DNA of 64,000 bases from assembly GCA_963783375.1 (NCBI GenBank), contig CAWANH010000028.1, forward strand, positions 1,536,001 to 1,600,000. The letters run 5' to 3'. This document shows, piece after piece, positions 63,484 to 64,000 of this stretch. Numbering within the stretch: the stretch's first letter is position 1; every line of letters begins with the position of its first letter. Made by a program: the position numbers and the translations under genes. The stretch comes from Candidatus Eiseniibacteriota bacterium (GTDB lineage: Bacteria; Eisenbacteria; RBG-16-71-46; JABDJR01). Under the pieces are notes generated by a model. It searched no databases and was not told the DNA's origin. It was given only the letters and a program-made list of their open reading frames with translations.

Positions 63484-63975
63484 ATGACTGAATCGAACCA
63501 GCCGGACCACCGGGCGGTGCGCGGGATCGGCGGGGTGTTTCTCTACTCCGAGGATCCCCAGGCGTTGGCGGCCTGGTACACCCGGTATCTGGGAATCGAG
63601 ATGGAGTGGGGAGGGCCGGAGAACTGCGGGGCCTCGTACTCCATCCGGGACGAGGACGCCCTCGACGTGAAGGCCGAGTTCGTATGGGCGATCCTCGCCG
63701 CCAAGAAGCCCCTTCCCGCCGAGCGCACCCAGTGCGTGATCAACTACCGGGTCGCGGACCTGGACCGGCTGGTGGCCCAGCTGCGATCGGCGGGGGTGGT
63801 GATCGAGCGCACCGAGGAGGGGGAGTACGGGCGCTTCGCCTGGATTTCCGACCCCGAGGCGAACCGGATCGAGCTCTGGGAGCCCCCCCGGGGCGCTGAA
63901 CCGGGCCGGGCCCCGGCCTCGCCGTCCGGGGCGCGCCCCCGGCGAGCCGGCCGGTTGCCGCAAGGAAACCGGTAA
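63484..63975 (+). CDS. VOC (glyoxalase/bleomycin resistance) family protein
   Basis: GIGGVF..DPQAL..WY, INYRVADL, YGRFAWISDPEANRIELWEP; tail may be extended by an indel. Confidence 0.88.
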   Translation: MTESNQPDHRAVRGIGGVFLYSEDPQALAAWYTRYLGIEMEWGGPENCGASYSIRDEDALDVKAEFVWAILAAKKPLPAERTQCVINYRVADLDRLVAQLRSAGVVIERTEEGEYGRFAWISDPEANRIELWEPPRGAEPGRAPASPSGARPRRAGRLPQGNR

Positions 63976-64000
63976 ACCGAAACCCCCCTTCCCCCATGGT

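Overview
A GC-rich (roughly 70% by eye) diderm bacterial chromosomal segment. TonB proteins, lipoproteins and two secreted proteins with FlgD-Ig/T9SS-like C-terminal domains suggest an FCB-related or candidate lineage such as Eisenbacteria, but this is inference only. Recognisable core content: TPP riboswitch-thiC, thiI, an FMN riboswitch with attenuator ahead of ribD-ribE-ribBA-ribH-nusB, a sulfotransferase-sat/cysC-cysQ-GT-C operon, a GbsR/MarR-EmrA-EmrB-type efflux operon with a palindromic operator, two ECF sigma/anti-sigma operons, a GH57-like secreted protein, an orphan histidine kinase with a Cys-rich tail, a serpin, TMEM175 and many small enzymes. About ten genes carry frameshifts, most simply explained as long-read indel errors. 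No rRNA, tRNA, transposase, integrase or CRISPR-cas gene was recognised. The most unusual signal is a non-coding mosaic array family built from CCCGGG-centred palindromes with mirrored (compensatory) substitutions and two alternating linker types. It occurs twice (8 units at 8776-9835 on +, 3 units at about 46209-46602 on -). Each copy starts 25-28 nt after the last gene downstream of an ECF sigma factor and has the same orientation relative to that gene.
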